Below the pieces are notes generated by a model, which had not been told where the DNA came from, did not search any database, and was given only the letters and a program-made list of their open reading frames with translations. From the NCBI GenBank assembly GCA_046563655.1, contig CM102285.1, positions 15,128,001 through 15,192,000 of the forward strand: a DNA stretch of 64,000 bases, in the 5' to 3' direction. This DNA comes from Yuukianura sp. NJ FZ-2021. Its lineage: Eukaryota. This document shows, piece after piece, positions 37,523 through 51,800 of the stretch; position 1 is the stretch's first letter, and each line of letters starts with the position of its first letter. The translations under genes and the position numbers were made by a program.

Positions 37523-40500
37523 AAGTCGACGTTTTGAAACGAAAACGACACAACAACGCTTTCTGGATACCATTTTGAGAGGGAGACTGTTCAAAAACTT
37601 CCAAACTATTTTCTAAAGATCTCTGTTAATCGAAAGTCTCAAACTTAACTCTATTTTTGGTATAAGTTTTGTTTAAAACACGTCGTTGTTTAATTGAGTT
37701 TTTGGTATTTTGGCTAATAAAAACGAATTTGTTTTTGAATTTGTCAAATCCAGCACAGGAGGAATTAATTACAAAAATTAATTTAACTTCGAGGCTTCAT
37801 AATTATTTTGAAAATTAGAACTTGTTGAATACAACTGCTAAAATTCGATTCAATTTTCCTTTAGCTTTTCAACTTTTGATAAAGTTTATGAACTTTTGAA
37901 TTGAAAAGAGAAAGAAGCCCGTGAAAGAAACCAATTCCCTCGAAAGAATTAACTGGAAAGGTGTCTATTGTTCTGGATCCAGAAGAAACTAAAGTAATCC
38001 TTAATTACTTTCCACCAAATTATAAATTAACAAACAACTTTTTGTTAGATTAATCTAAGATTAATAAGTTCCGTTTTTTGACATTTCATCCCCCCACCCA
38101 CGCTAAACTGATGACATAATAGTTGAACAACCCCTTTTTGTTTTTCTGGATTGTGGATTGAGGGAGGGGGGCTGAATCTGATCTTAATTAAGTGAGAATT
38201 GGGACAATTTGTGAAGCAGTAGTGGAATAATTAGTTACAACGGATGGGGGTTGTGAGGGGGGCTAAGGGGGGGTTGGACTAAAAAAGAACGTGCAGCCAT
38301 GCAAGGAAAATGAAACTCACTTTCTCTTTCCTCATTCCTAAGAGGGGGGGTCTATTGTGTTCCTTGTGTCATCCCCCGCCCCCCTCTGAGATCATACTTT
38401 ATCTAACATGCCCCCCTCCCCCTCCCCCCATTCAATTCATCCTCAAAACCTACTTTTGAGCAAATCCAATTATATAACACCACTTCTCACACTTCTTTTC
38501 TTATTTTCCTACTCAAGTAGCACGGAAACTCAATCTTACATTCAAACCCCCCAATTTGGGGGGCTCGACTATTTTATTACTTAATTTTATTATTTAATTT
38601 CTTAACATTTAATTAAAACTTAAAAAGTAAAGTTAAGAAGTGATTGACATAAATCACTTAACTTGACCCAAAGTGCCCTCAAAGCGTTTCCCACTTCCTC
38701 GTCCCCCCTCTGTGGGTGGGGGGCTGAAGGGGGGCGAGGGGGTATTTAGGTCAGGTTTGTTGACGGAATTTCCTCGCCTCAAGCACAAGCAGTTTGCTAA
38801 AATTATGCAACGTTGATGCACATGAACATGACCGACGCAGGGAGACCGTGCGCCCTACTTACAACCATTTCCAAATTTTATTTGGAAAAAAAATTCGAAA
38901 TTTCTTTCAAAGAAAATTTCAAAATTTCTGGACAGAAATCCCGAACTGATTTTGAAATGATGAAAATTCTCACGTATTTTTTGCACCAACTTTTTTGGAT
39001 AAGGAATTATTTACGGTTCGTATTAAAATCCAATAAAGGATTGATGACAGGACCCCAGTTATACAAGGTTGATTCAAAATTTACTTTTTCAACTTTTTAA
39101 AAAACTTTTTTTTGAAGTTGTTTTTCGAAATGACTTTTGACCTGGACGTAGATAAATGTCACATAAATATTTTCGTGAGAACTTTGTCCTTATTTCATGG
39201 ACTTCAAAAGACCTATTTAAATCCCATTACAATCCGACCATTTTTCAACTCAATTTCAAAAATTCCCTTTCACTTTCAAAATAAAATTTCAAAATTTTTC
39301 GAAAAAGTGAAATTTTTGTTGGAACCAAGAAAATTTTTGTAGTTACTACTGAGATTGTTTGTATTTTTGTTGTTCCAGGAGCCCACTAAGAGCATAAGAC
39401 TCTGGGACCCTTCAAGGGCCCCCCTTCCCCTCCCTGGTCAATGGGCGCCTATAAATATTTTGAATCTGGGCGCCTTTGTCTCTGGACCCTCCGCTTTTGT
39501 CCTTCGGACGTGAATTAAACGCTGACATTCATCGCTTTCTCATTATCCACTGCGATGCTCTTTTTCAACTTCCAACCCCTTCAAGGGCTCCCTGCTAAAA
39601 GTTTTTATTAAGTTTTAAGTTTTAGTTAAATGCTAAACTATTTAAATTGTGATTAAGTTGAAATTAAGTTTTGATGAGTCATGTATGAGGTAAGGGGGTC
39701 ATAGGCCTCATTTCCTTGATTTTCCCATTGTGTCATCAGTTGACCTCAAATGAAAGTGACCACACTCTGTCTGCGGTTGACACTGAAAACTTCCCCATTC
39801 ACTTCATTCAGCATAACTTTAACTTCAACCACAACTTGACCTCTGACCTCGCTCAACTCAAAACACAAAAGACAAAAAGAGAAAAGACTCAAAGAATAGA
39901 AGAAAGCTCAAAGCCAACATTTTTAATTCAGAATTTGTTTAAAAAGTCTGTAGTGTGCTAAAATCACAGGTTTATGGCATATAAACTGGCTGAAATTTCG
40001 GAAGTTCCAAATTTTGAAAATATGGGAATTTCACTTTTTGAAAAACGTTTTTGAGAGTAGTGTGGTGGATGTGCGGTGGGTCACGTGGACCCACCCTCAG
40101 TGTCGTGTGTTGCATAATCCAGTGTGTAATACGCCCTAGTTCTTGAAAATTTTCTGCAATCGTTTCCCTCTCATCCAAAGACCAATGGCATTGGGGTCAC
40201 TTAACCCCTTGAGAAGGGGGGCCCTTAGACCCCTTAACCTAATCCCTTAACCTAGCCTCTCTTTGTTGAGTCATCCTCACCTAGAGACTTGACTTACATT
40301 TGGCAACTCCAGGAAGTCCCCACTTGCTCTGCCCTTTGCAGTGACCACTGTCCCTTACGCAACAAAACTACTCTTTAACATACACAAAATAATTAAGTGA
40401 TCAAATTAGGCAATTTAGCACACAAATTCAAAATTACTTTTTAAATCAGCCAGAAATCTACACTTTAAACTCAACACGGCCTGTAAAATGTTGTTTCCAA

Positions 40501-41489
40501 AAAAAAACAACGTTTTTTTTTTCAAACGTGTCCAGAAAATTCATAAAACACTTAAAAAAGCAGCAGGCTTTAGAACAAATTGGGAAGTTAAAAGTCAAAG
40601 TATTTCCGTTTTTATGTTTTTATGACACTCAAGTGTCTTCCGCATAAATTTTGTGGACGAGGTCACTGACCTCTGCTGGAACAGAAAAAAAGAGGGCAGG
40701 ATTCCTTAAAACATTTTCAAAAAAAAAATTTTCAAAAAAAAAATTTATGTAGCATCTTTCTGCCGAAGCAATTTTTTAATGTTTCGTGCTTGAAAAACAA
40801 TCCAATTTGGAGCGTAATTTTAGTCGAGTGGCGTTTTGAGGAACAGCGGCGTTTGTTGAAGAATGAAGAAGCGATTATTGTTGTTTTCCGTCGGTAGAAA
40901 GATGATTGATTGGTTGAATTTGTTTCAATTAGGTTTAAGTGAGAACCTAATGGCCAACCTAACTAACCTAATTGCATCTTCTCCAATTCCGACTAAAAGG
41001 AATGTCGGAGCAGAGATCACGAAAAGAGAATGATTGTGCGTGGTCAATTTGAGTAGATTGTTAGAATTTAATTGTGTTGAACAATGGGAGTTTGCATGAC
41101 TTTGGTTGACATGTTCCATTGTTCTACCTGACCATTCCACGGGATTTCCCTGGAGACGAATCCATCCAGTGTTGTCACTTCCAGACCAGACTCAGGTGGA
41201 AACAACACAATTTCAAACAAAACAGCTTCATCATCCCTCTTTCCCCCAAAAACATTAAACTTTCACTCAAAATTCACTTTTTCCACATTTTTATGATTTT
41301 TTTTTAAATGTAGATGCCATGGTAACCGTGCTGTCAGTGCAAAGCTTCTCATAGGTCAAAGGTCATAAAGCTGCCCATTTTTTTTCAAAACTGGCAAGAA
41401 GTTGAGTTTTTGGCGGCGGTCGGTCATCTCATCTGTCCATTTCCAAATCTGTTTTTTTTTTGTTTTCTCTGCGCAGATCTTAACACAAA

Positions 41490-41972
41490 ATGGACAATCT
41501 TTCTGGAGAAGAAGAAGATTCAGACCCAAATGAAAACAGCGAAGAAGATTCGGACAGAGATGAAATGATGGGGGAAGAAGAAGATTCGGACAGAAACAGT
41601 GAAGAAGAAGAAATGAATCCACCCACCACTTCCGCCGCTGGAGATGCTCCACCTCCACCTTCAAGTCAGCTGCAAAACCAAAAGTTAGCCAAAACTATTT
41701 CAATTCAAAAGTTATGTTATGTTAACTAACTAATCCTAAAAATCTAAATTCCTTTCTAATTGTTTAGCAACGCTCAAATGCCTCTGCCCTGTGCCAATCC
41801 TGGTCCATCCAGATCAACCAATGCCCAATCTTCATCTTCCTCCAGTGAGCAATCTCTTGTGGACCAGATCAAGGCCGCAGTCAACCAAGCATTTGAACCT
41901 CTGCATAACGCAGCACAAATTGAGCGTCAACTCAGAGAAGTTCAGGAGAGGCGCGCAAATCAAGGGAGATAA
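41490..41972 (+). CDS. Putative small acidic orphan protein (~132 aa)
   Basis: Acceptor at 41475 just before caaaATG 41490. Exons 41490-41683 and 41768-41972 (the donor choice is uncertain; a donor after 41664 gives a different C-terminus). Internal EEEDSD repeats and a predicted helical C-terminus. Confidence 0.45.
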
Positions 41973-44900
41973 CTAACCCAACCAAAACGAAAGTGAAAGC
42001 TTTCTGGAAAAAGTCAACAAGAATTTTAAAAGCAAAACCGAAGTTAAAAAGTTATTTGGACAATGCTTGTATTTTATTATGAATGTATATTTGTAATAAA
42101 CTTTAGTATTTTGAGTACTTGAATGTATATTTGTGATAAATGTGTGTAGAAAGTGTAAGATGCTTTGCCTGAACTTGATCTTTTGTTGGTGTGTGAATGG
42201 AGTAGATTGAGCAATATTTGTTCCGTTGTTTGAATATTCAAAAGGAGAGTGACTGGGTTGTGCAATTGGAGTTTTTTAAATCCGATTTCCTCTCCTGATC
42301 ATCACTCAATGGATCTATTGACTACGTCCAAGGAGGTTCCAGTTTCATCTTTACTTTTCTAGGTCACAACCTCAGTTAGGCTAAAAACACAAGTTAAAAA
42401 GTGTAAGTAGCCATCTTCCCACGGCACTCTTCAAAGCACTAATTGTTCTCTGGACACTCATTTCTAATAAGCAGTTTCACAAGACGCTTTTCAAGCATAC
42501 AAGAATCAATGGACACCCAGGTGTGGACATTTGAACACAAATTCAAACACCTCGTCAACCACAAAACACTTTTTAAATTTCTAAAACATGTTTTCTAAAA
42601 CTTCAAACATGCAGGAACTGGTTGAAGTTTGAAAAATTATGAAAATTCATCAGCAATCCAGCAGGAGAAAGTTTTTGGATTTTACGCCATTTGAAAATTT
42701 TGGTTTTGCTGCTATAGTCCAGCGAGGGTGAAAGTTACTTTCTAGTTATGTCATTGACAAAAATTATGCCTCATTTTACAAAATCTAAAAATTTCGAAAT
42801 TTTGAACTATGAATTTTTGAATTTTGAATGGATGATGAAGTGAAGCTGGAAGGCTTAAGGCTGCTTAATTTTTGGTAGAAATGGTTTTTTGGAGTAGTGA
42901 AGCTTATAAAAATGAAGTTCATTTGAGGAGCCCTTGACAGTGTTGATTCCTCTGGTCCTTAAGTACCCCTTTGTTCCTTCAAAAGATGTCCAGCTCCAAG
43001 CCATGTCAGAAGTGGAGGTCAGTGGACTGGAACAGCCCAAAATACACTTTTTATTTATACTTATTCATTTTTTAAAATATGTTAAACAATTGGAATTCGA
43101 GTGGATTTGTGCCTAACAAAAGTGGAAACCAGTTTCACCCCCCACCCATGAGCACCCTGTGCTAAAAACTAACCTAACATTTCATCAACCTAACAATTCC
43201 CACCACTTTTCCACAAAACGCTCGAGGTCAATCAACAAATTAAAACAAATTTTCCTCAAAGATAGCATCTTCACAGTAATAAAGACTTTAATTTTCAAAT
43301 AAATTGCCATCAATTAGCTAAATACTCACACTTAAACAGGCAATTAAATGTTTACAACAATAGTAAAATTATTATTGTCTTAAAAATATTTGAAATGATG
43401 AAAAGTGTAATTTTTGTGAGTGGATGAGGATGAACCATAGCCGATAGTCATTTAAGGATTAGGATTAAGAATCCAGTGATGTAAAAGCACTTTTTAAAAA
43501 GCGTTTTTTAAAAACTGAAAAGTATACTTTTTTAGAATGCGTTTTGTTAAGTCCGACGGAGGATGAAAGTGTTTCAGTCGGCAAAAGTCCAAGTACAGAG
43601 AGACCAACCAGTTTTTGAAAACTTTTTTTTTTAAACTTTTAAAAAAGAGAATCTTGTTCTAAAAAGTTCTCATGCTGATGTTGAAATTGGTTTGGAGGAG
43701 CAAAGTGTTTGTGTAGTTGACCATTCAGTCATCTCATTATTGTCATCCATCCATTTAGCTACGCTTCTCATAACTCCTACTTAACCTCTGCATAAGGATC
43801 ACTTCCAAAACTAGTCTTTTTAAAAATAGGCTGTTCAAAATTTCATTTTTTAAATCAATTTTTAAAAAGTGGACAAGGACACTACTCTCTTTGAGCCTCT
43901 AAGAATGAAAATGCTTTCAATTCTTTTTTAATTTTCAATTTCGTCTTCTCATAAATCCCGACTCCGTTTTCGCAATAATCTTCTTCTTCCAAGGCCCAAT
44001 CCAAATCACACTTTTTATTTGAACAAAACTCATTCAAAAAACTCTTTTTTTTTCTTTTTTTTTTTAAAAAAGTACTATTTTTTAAAAGTATTTGAACAGG
44101 AACATGAGGAAACTGAGACAAAATAGAACATATATTATGTCCAAAAATTAATATTTTCTCAACGACGTAAATTTGGACAATTTAAATTTTAGATTATTAA
44201 CTTTTTCATTGGATTGGGTGAACTTTGACCTGATTTAATTAAATGGCGGGAGAATTTAAGAGTAAATAGAGAGCAGTTTTAATTGAATAGTTACTCCCTC
44301 CACTCAGTGAATAGTTACTCCCTCCACTAGTTCAGCCAGAGACCTTATCATTTCTATCTGGATTTGGGCTTTGTTCAAATAAAAGTGAAAGTTACTTCTT
44401 CTATCTCTGTTGACATCTCTCTCTCCAGTTGAGTCCACATAGAAAGACTCTCAGCAAACAACAAAATCAATTGACCTCCACCAATTACTGATAAAGTCAC
44501 AGCACAAAACCTCTTTTTCAAAAAAGTGGTTTTTGAAAAAACAATTTTTGAAGAGGTGACATATTATTTTGAAGTGTTAATTAAAATTAGGGTTTTAATT
44601 AAAAGTTGACATGGGAAGATTAGTTTTGGTTCTTGGTTGAATTATTGATGGTTCAATTGACACCTCTACTTGGCCAATTAGAGAAGTGACAATTTTCACA
44701 CCTCGGAGTGACTAATTAAAACGCCCACTTCATGCAACTGTTGTGTCTGTATGTCTATGTGTTGTGACTGATGAAGAGCTGGATTGATTTTAGACACTTT
44801 TTGATTAAATGTCTTATCTCACACGTGGGTAAATACAAAAACAATGGCAAAAAGCAGAAAAAAATGAAAAAAAATTTTGTTCTTAACTGAATTAATTTTA

Positions 44901-45755
44901 GATTATGTCAAACACGCTCACTTTTTAGTGCCGCTAATCTTTTAATTTTCACCGATAAAAGTTTTATTTCAATTTAAAAAATATTTTGCAAAATTGTCTC
45001 ACGCTTAATGCCCACTAATAAAAAAATTTTCTAAAATTTTGGAAATGTTGCGTTATAAAAAGTAGGTTCAGAATTTTAGTAAAAATTGAAATTTTTTTGG
45101 GGAAAAAGTGCTTTTTTTTGGAGAATAACAAAATCTTTTGATCAGAAAGTGGAATCTGCACGCGAAGAGAAGTGGCTGTGTATTGTTTTAATCTGATGCT
45201 GCTCGTCTTTGAACTTGGATGTTGAAGGTTGATTTTCAAAAAAAGAAATTAGTGTTTTTTCCCATCCTGACACTTGACCTTGACTTTTGAATCACTCTGT
45301 ACATTTCAATGGGAAAAACATTAAGTTTTTAACATTTAAGAGGAAAAACTCCAGTTCTAATCCATTTCATCTCAACAACTCAACAAACTGCCAATTTAAA
45401 AATGAACAGATCAAATCTCAACTCAAAATTCAAAATAAATGGAAACAAAAATACGCGGATTTACATTTTTCTCATCCGAACATGCGTCACTCAGAAACTT
45501 CCTGTCTGATGAACTAAAACAAAACAAAAAATGATTTTTTGATAAAACATTTTATAAAAGTTTTCAAAATATTGTTAGTTTTACTTTTTGAAAGCCATTA
45601 ATTTTCCTATTTGAAGTTGATTTTGATTGGAGATAGTGAAACCGCCACTTACTGCGTTGGGGGATGAAAAGTGTAATTTTGTGCCTTCACTCATGCATTA
45701 AATACTGGGAGAAAGTGTTTGTCTGGACTTTCTCCGCCCATGTCAATGCCTCTGA

Positions 45756-45838
45756 GTGTCCAGAAGTTCCTGGAAGAATGCTTTTTGGTGTCCAGAAGTT
45801 CCTGGAATGTTGCCTGGAGTGTCCAGAAGTTCCTGGAA
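45756..45838. repeat. Three identical 20-bp units separated by 11-12 nt
   Basis: gtgtccagaagttcctggaa at 45756, 45788 and 45819. Confidence 0.85.
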
Positions 45839-48800
45839 GTGCCCAATTTCAAAATAGACTCACTTTCATATCACAGACGGATATCTTTCAGTTCTAAAAC
45901 TTGAAAAGTTGATTGCCCTTCCACAACAATTTTTACTTCCAAGTTGTCACCCGAATTTTCACTGATAAAAAAATGCCATGAGGGGAGAAAAATGACATTT
46001 AGGCTATAATTTTTTTTTTCAAAAATAATAATTTCAAAACGACAAAATTTATTTAAAAGTGGCAAAATTTTGAAAAGTGAAGTTCCTTTTTTGATTATGT
46101 ATTTGAATTAAGGTTAATTGGATGTAACTGTTTACGTAACTGTGATTGGGGACAAGAATGAAGGTTTTTGGGGCAAAGAGAGTGAGAGCGGAAGTGTTTG
46201 TTTTGGGTTGATTCGCGTGGTTAAGGCCCAGTGACTGGGGTGAGACAAGGTGTCAATTGCATCATTTGAGTAATTAGGGGGACTTAAGGGCTCTGAGTGG
46301 AGTTGTGGCATACTAAACTTGAAAAAGAAAGGAGGGGATGAGGGATGTTTGTCTAATTACACTTTCCCTCTCCTTTCAATCTCAACACAACTCATTTCCA
46401 TTTGACCCCATTTTGCTTTTTACAACTCAAAGAAACCACTAAACAAAAATACCAAAAATGCAACTCACAAATTAAAACTCAACTAGATGAAAAATGTAAA
46501 GTCACCACACTAGGGCTCTTCAATTTTCAAAAAATATCAAATATTTATTCGTCTTTTTTTTTCAAATATGCTTTTAATTCAGTTTTAGTTTTTTCAAAAT
46601 ATGTTTTTAGTTTAGTTTTTGAAAATGTGTTTTGGTTTGAGTGTAGTTAATGTAGGTGTTGAATATTTAGATGATGATGAGTGAAACTGTTAAGTGGGTA
46701 AGTGGGGTAAAGTGATTAGAGAATCACTCTCACTTCCTAGTGCATGAGGGGGGCCCTTACATAAGACATGAACCTGAACTGAAGGGGGGGACTGACCCAT
46801 TTCCAACTCACGACTTAAGGGCCCCCTTCCCTGGGAATCTCAGATCCAATTGACTAAAGGAAATCAACAGTAATGTCCCCTAGCCCCCCTCTGACCTACT
46901 TCCCAACAACTCTTTTTAGTCTTTTGTACAGAGGGGGATGAAAGGGAAAGTTTGCCCTATTTGGACACTCACAACAACATTCAACAGTTCCAAATATTCA
47001 AAATACACTCAACTTTTTAAAAAACTTGAATTTAGAAACTGAAATCAAAAAAATAAATATAAAAACTGAAATTAGTAAATTTTAGTCACAACCAAAGAGA
47101 CGTAGAACCTGACATTGTGTCCAGGTTTACTTTGACTAGATTTTAAGTTGAAAATTGAGCGGGAGTTTGTTGATGTGAAGGGAAGGAGTGATTGTTTGTG
47201 GAATTGCGTCAGTTTCCTTTGTGCCTTGGTGGATTTGTGCGTATGGGGAAGTAGAGCGTGTGCTAGTTGAGCAGCAGACGAAGACGAAGGAAGCACATGG
47301 CGTCTTCATTGCAACATCATCTCTGTCCGAAGTAAATGTGGACACTTCTTACAGATGGAGAGATGAGGGTGCTAATTGTGAGATGCATCTCCCTCCAGGC
47401 CAAACTCACCCCATCATCCCCCACTTTCACTCTCTTTTGTACACAAATCACTCAGAACAACTCTGCACAATCAACATAACTTGTTGTGCATAATTCTTTG
47501 CATAATGTCCACAATGCACATCTTTAAATTGTGTACTCAAATTAATATTTTTTGTGAACAATAATGATTAGTGGACAGTCTAATTCCAAATTATGGGAAC
47601 ACACGGGCACAAAAACAAACAAAAATAACTTCAACGCCACACGAAACTTTTAAGTCCTAATCATTTGGACTAAAAAATTTTTTTTCTAGGTCTGTGGTGC
47701 TGGTGTTTGGATTAAAAATGCCCAGGTTTTTGCAAATTAATTTTAATTTTGTTCTGTAAATGTTACTTTAAAAAATTTTGAACTAATGACACAATGGTAG
47801 CAGGCAATTTTAGAAGACAAAAAAAAAATTGGAAAGAAAAAGAGAAAAAAAAATTAGAATTAGATACGAGAACTCACTTTCGTTGCAAATTGAATGCGGA
47901 GAGGCAGGAATAAATGGAAATCTAAACTCCAAGTAATCGTTCCGCATCATCTTCAAATCTCGCATAAAATTGCAAAAAAATAGAAACCAAAAGACGAAAA
48001 AAAAGAAAAAAAGTTTAGTTCTTTCCTCAACGAAACGTCCAGTTGTTGCTTGAATCTAACTTCTTGAATGCAAAGAAAACACAAAAACATAATGTAATTT
48101 TTTGTTTAACTTATGCAAGACGATTGACAAAAAGTGTGTTTGAATTTGGTTTTTATAAATTGAGCATCTGCTGCTTTTGAATTGACTCAGGTTGCTTGTG
48201 GACGCGTGTTTGGCAGAGGCGGAAGTCAAGGGCACAAACTGTTTGCTCTGATTTCCATAATTTATGATTCCGACGAACCGAGATCACTCTCCAGATCACT
48301 CCACAAGGTCAGAGGTCACTCACCCCCTCAACACACACAGGAAGAGGGCCCTTGGACCATCCAAGGGGGCCCTTGGACCAAAGTTCAATCAAATCCTGAT
48401 TCTAAGGGCACATGTTCCCATGAGAAATCCAATCCACTTTCATCATGAGTCATTTAATACTCATTTGCATGGACGAACCAGATGAACAAAAGAACAAAGG
48501 GGTACTTAAGGGCCCTTGCTAATCAAAGTCCTTTTCAAATGCTGGGAAGACTTGAGCAACTTCCTTAAGAAAGTGCCGTTAGATCCAGAAGGTGGTCATG
48601 GGCCCTTGAAGGGGTCATTAGCCAGTTGACAACTGGATGACATTGTGGATGCGGTTTGGGACAAAGAGGGTAATGACACAGAGAAGACAAAGGGAAGGGA
48701 AGTGAGCCCTTAAAAAATAGTGGGCCCTTAAAAAGTGTCACCAAAGGACCCACTCCCCAGATCACATTTCACCCCAACCAAACCATTTCTTTTCTCCTTT

Positions 48801-51800
48801 CACTCAACTTTTCTCTTTTTCTAAATCTTTTTTAAAAAGAGGACAAATTGCTGTTCCAAACAACAAGGATATTCATTCCACTCCTCAACTTTTGTCTTTG
48901 TTCAACTCAATCTCAAATTCTAAAAATATTCTACTTTTTTGAATTCTGAAAACAAAAAATTCCGAGATCAAAGTTTGGAACGTCATGGAATTTTTAGAAT
49001 CGACGAACTTGACGCAGGTTAACACCGATCACAAAAAGGGACACAAAATTCTACGTAAACTTAAGCTACCTAAACTTCATAGTTAGCTCGCTGAACCCGT
49101 CTGTGCGTATTGTTTGGCTTAATATAAATAAATATTAATAATATTAAAATAATAAAATATTAATACAAATAAATAATAATATTCAGTTTTAGTTTGATGA
49201 TATTTGTAGACTTTGACCTAGTTGTTCTCAATTAATGAAGAAAACCAAGCCATTTTTTGCAGAATGATTTTCGGGATAGAATTTCAAAGTTTGTTCCAAA
49301 AGTTCAAGGCTCTTGAGCCAATTAGATCCTTAAATTTCTCCCAATTTATCCAAATTCAGCTATAAATTCTATTTCAAACAGTTTTCAAATGGTTTAAAAA
49401 AAAAGTGAACAACTTTGAAACTGGATCTTCCCGTTCCTCCATTTTGTGGGGGAGAAAATTCTGCAATTTCTCCATACTTTTCCGAATTTAGATCGTACGT
49501 CAACTCATTAGAATTTGTTACTAATGACACACTTTCACTCGTCATTCCTACCGTCTCTCTTCTCAATTTCAAACTGTTTAAAACAACAAATTCAAAAAAT
49601 GTCAAATTTGAAAAATTTAATAAAAATTGTTTGATCGTGAGAGAGACGAGCTTGGACGATCGAATGACAATCCGCCTCCTGCGGTCCGCTCTTCTGAAAT
49701 TGAAACTCCGAACGTGGGACTCTGAACGCTTTTTAAAAAATCCACTTTTTAAAATTCTGAAATTAAAGGCTCTTTGGCCGCAACAGAGTCCGAAGCAGCC
49801 CTGGGAGTTCACATATCGCAATCCAGAACAACTTTCATTTTTTCAAAATCCACTTTTTTTAAAAAGTTTTTTAAAAACCTGTTTGAACAGAGTCCCAGGG
49901 TGGAGATGGAGGGAGGGGGACTGAGTTGATGATCTTTTAATTAGTGGACTCGTGTCTTTTGTTTGTGCACAAATGAATTAGTCACTCTCTGTTTGACCTC
50001 TTGTTCTCATTGGAACTCATTAGGTCAAACAAAGGGAGGTCACAATGTCTAATTGTCTAATTTTCAAACACTGTTCTAAATTTCAAACAAACACATTTCC
50101 AAAGTGGAACACTTAACTAATACTTAATTAGTTTAAATTTTAAAAGTGGACAACTGAGGTCACATTGAGAAATTTTGTCAATTAGGAAAATCTGAGGGAA
50201 AAACTGTTGCTAAACGCCAGAATTAAGACTCCAAGGTTTGAATTTTTTTTTTGAAATTTTGGAAAGAGGAAATTTCCTGTAGCTATTAATGAGGTGTGAA
50301 GTGACCTCGGTCACTTTGGAGTTTCCGAAAGGTCAAAGTGTTGGTCAATGTGACATTTTAGTGACATTGGACCTCGCACGCAAAAGCATCAGTTGACCAA
50401 TCCAAAAGTTCTGGGCAAAGCATCTCACAAATTAAACAATCGACCTTTCTCCAGGGAACTTAAAAAACTTCCTTTTAAATTTTGGATCGCAATTTAGATT
50501 CACTTTTTAAGTTAAAACTAAAATCATAGTTAAAAGGTTTAACTGTGACTTTAGTTTTAAATATTTGAAGTTGACTTGACATAGGTCTTGGAGTTGGTGG
50601 TTGGCCATGGCCATGACTAAAGTTTGCATGAGTGGAGGTTTGAGGAAGAAGCACCACAAAGTCTCAATTGAAGTTGAGATTTGGAGGTCAGAGGTCACAA
50701 GGAGAACACGACCAAAGGTTATCCTCCTCCAATTAACTCCAAACCCACTTAACTTACACTTTTTAATGCTCACTTTTAACTTCTTATACATTTGGATGTT
50801 TATTAACAAAGGAGTGGATTGAGCACAGGATCGGAGTGTGAATGGTTTTGGAGGGAGTAACTATGTGGGAAAGGGGGCCCTTGAAGGGGCCTCTGTCCAG
50901 TTCGCAATGAAAAAATGGGGGCCTTATTGAATGGAGTTGCCAGTGGATGATTAATGGACGGGGTCCTGGGAAATTGCAACAAAGTGATACAATTCCAATA
51001 CAGGATCCCACGATCCCATCTAACCAAATCAACACTCTTTTCAATACAACTTTAACAAAAAATTTAAAGTTTCAAAAATTAGCAACTTTTTTCAGCAGTT
51101 TAACTTCTGTGCCAAACACAAAATTCATTCCTGAACCTGAGTTGAATAATTTTTTGTCTACAGTTCAATTCTTTGCGGATCAGTGGATGGCTTAAAAGTT
51201 ATTTAAACAATTCAATTTCATAGTTTTCGTTTGTAATAAACTTGAATCTGCTCAAATAAAATTTTCAGAATGTAAATTTTCAAAATTTCAGTTTCTTGAG
51301 GAAAATCAGAACGTTTTCCAAGATTTTTGCACGAATTTGGAGACGCTGAGACGCAGATTCCCAGGTGTAGAACTTTTGTATTTTTTCGTTTTTTGCAGAG
51401 CGTAATCCTTTGGTTCTTTGAATGGATTTTCCTTGGGCGTCCCTTGAAGGGCCCACTGCCAGAGAGTGACCAGGAAATTGTAAACAACCTACGGAAGAAC
51501 ATCCCTTAAAAGTCACCATTCTCAGAACAATTACGGGGACTTACCAGGAACCAAAAGAAGCAAAAGTTACAAAAAACGGAAAAAGAAGTTTATGGTCTCC
51601 AAGAATTTTAACAAAAGAGCAGTTTTTACTCACATCTTTTTTCAAACGCTTTACGTCGACGCCAGCAGGATTTTCACGAAATTGATCGGTTACAATTTAT
51701 TAAAACTGAAAGATCATTGTTGATGTCATGTCATGAATTTGGACAAATTGAAAACCCAAGATTTTGGTGTGAAAGTTGTTTAATAATTAAAATTTAAGAA

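Noticed and set aside
45756..45838. Mini CRISPR-like array of three 20-bp repeats
   Set aside because: The spacers are only 11-12 nt and partly similar; this is an ordinary minisatellite.
49369..49924. Overlapping 150-aa and 169-aa ORFs
   Set aside because: Non-ATG starts and F/K/L/N-rich composition typical of AT-rich non-coding DNA, with no domain signal.
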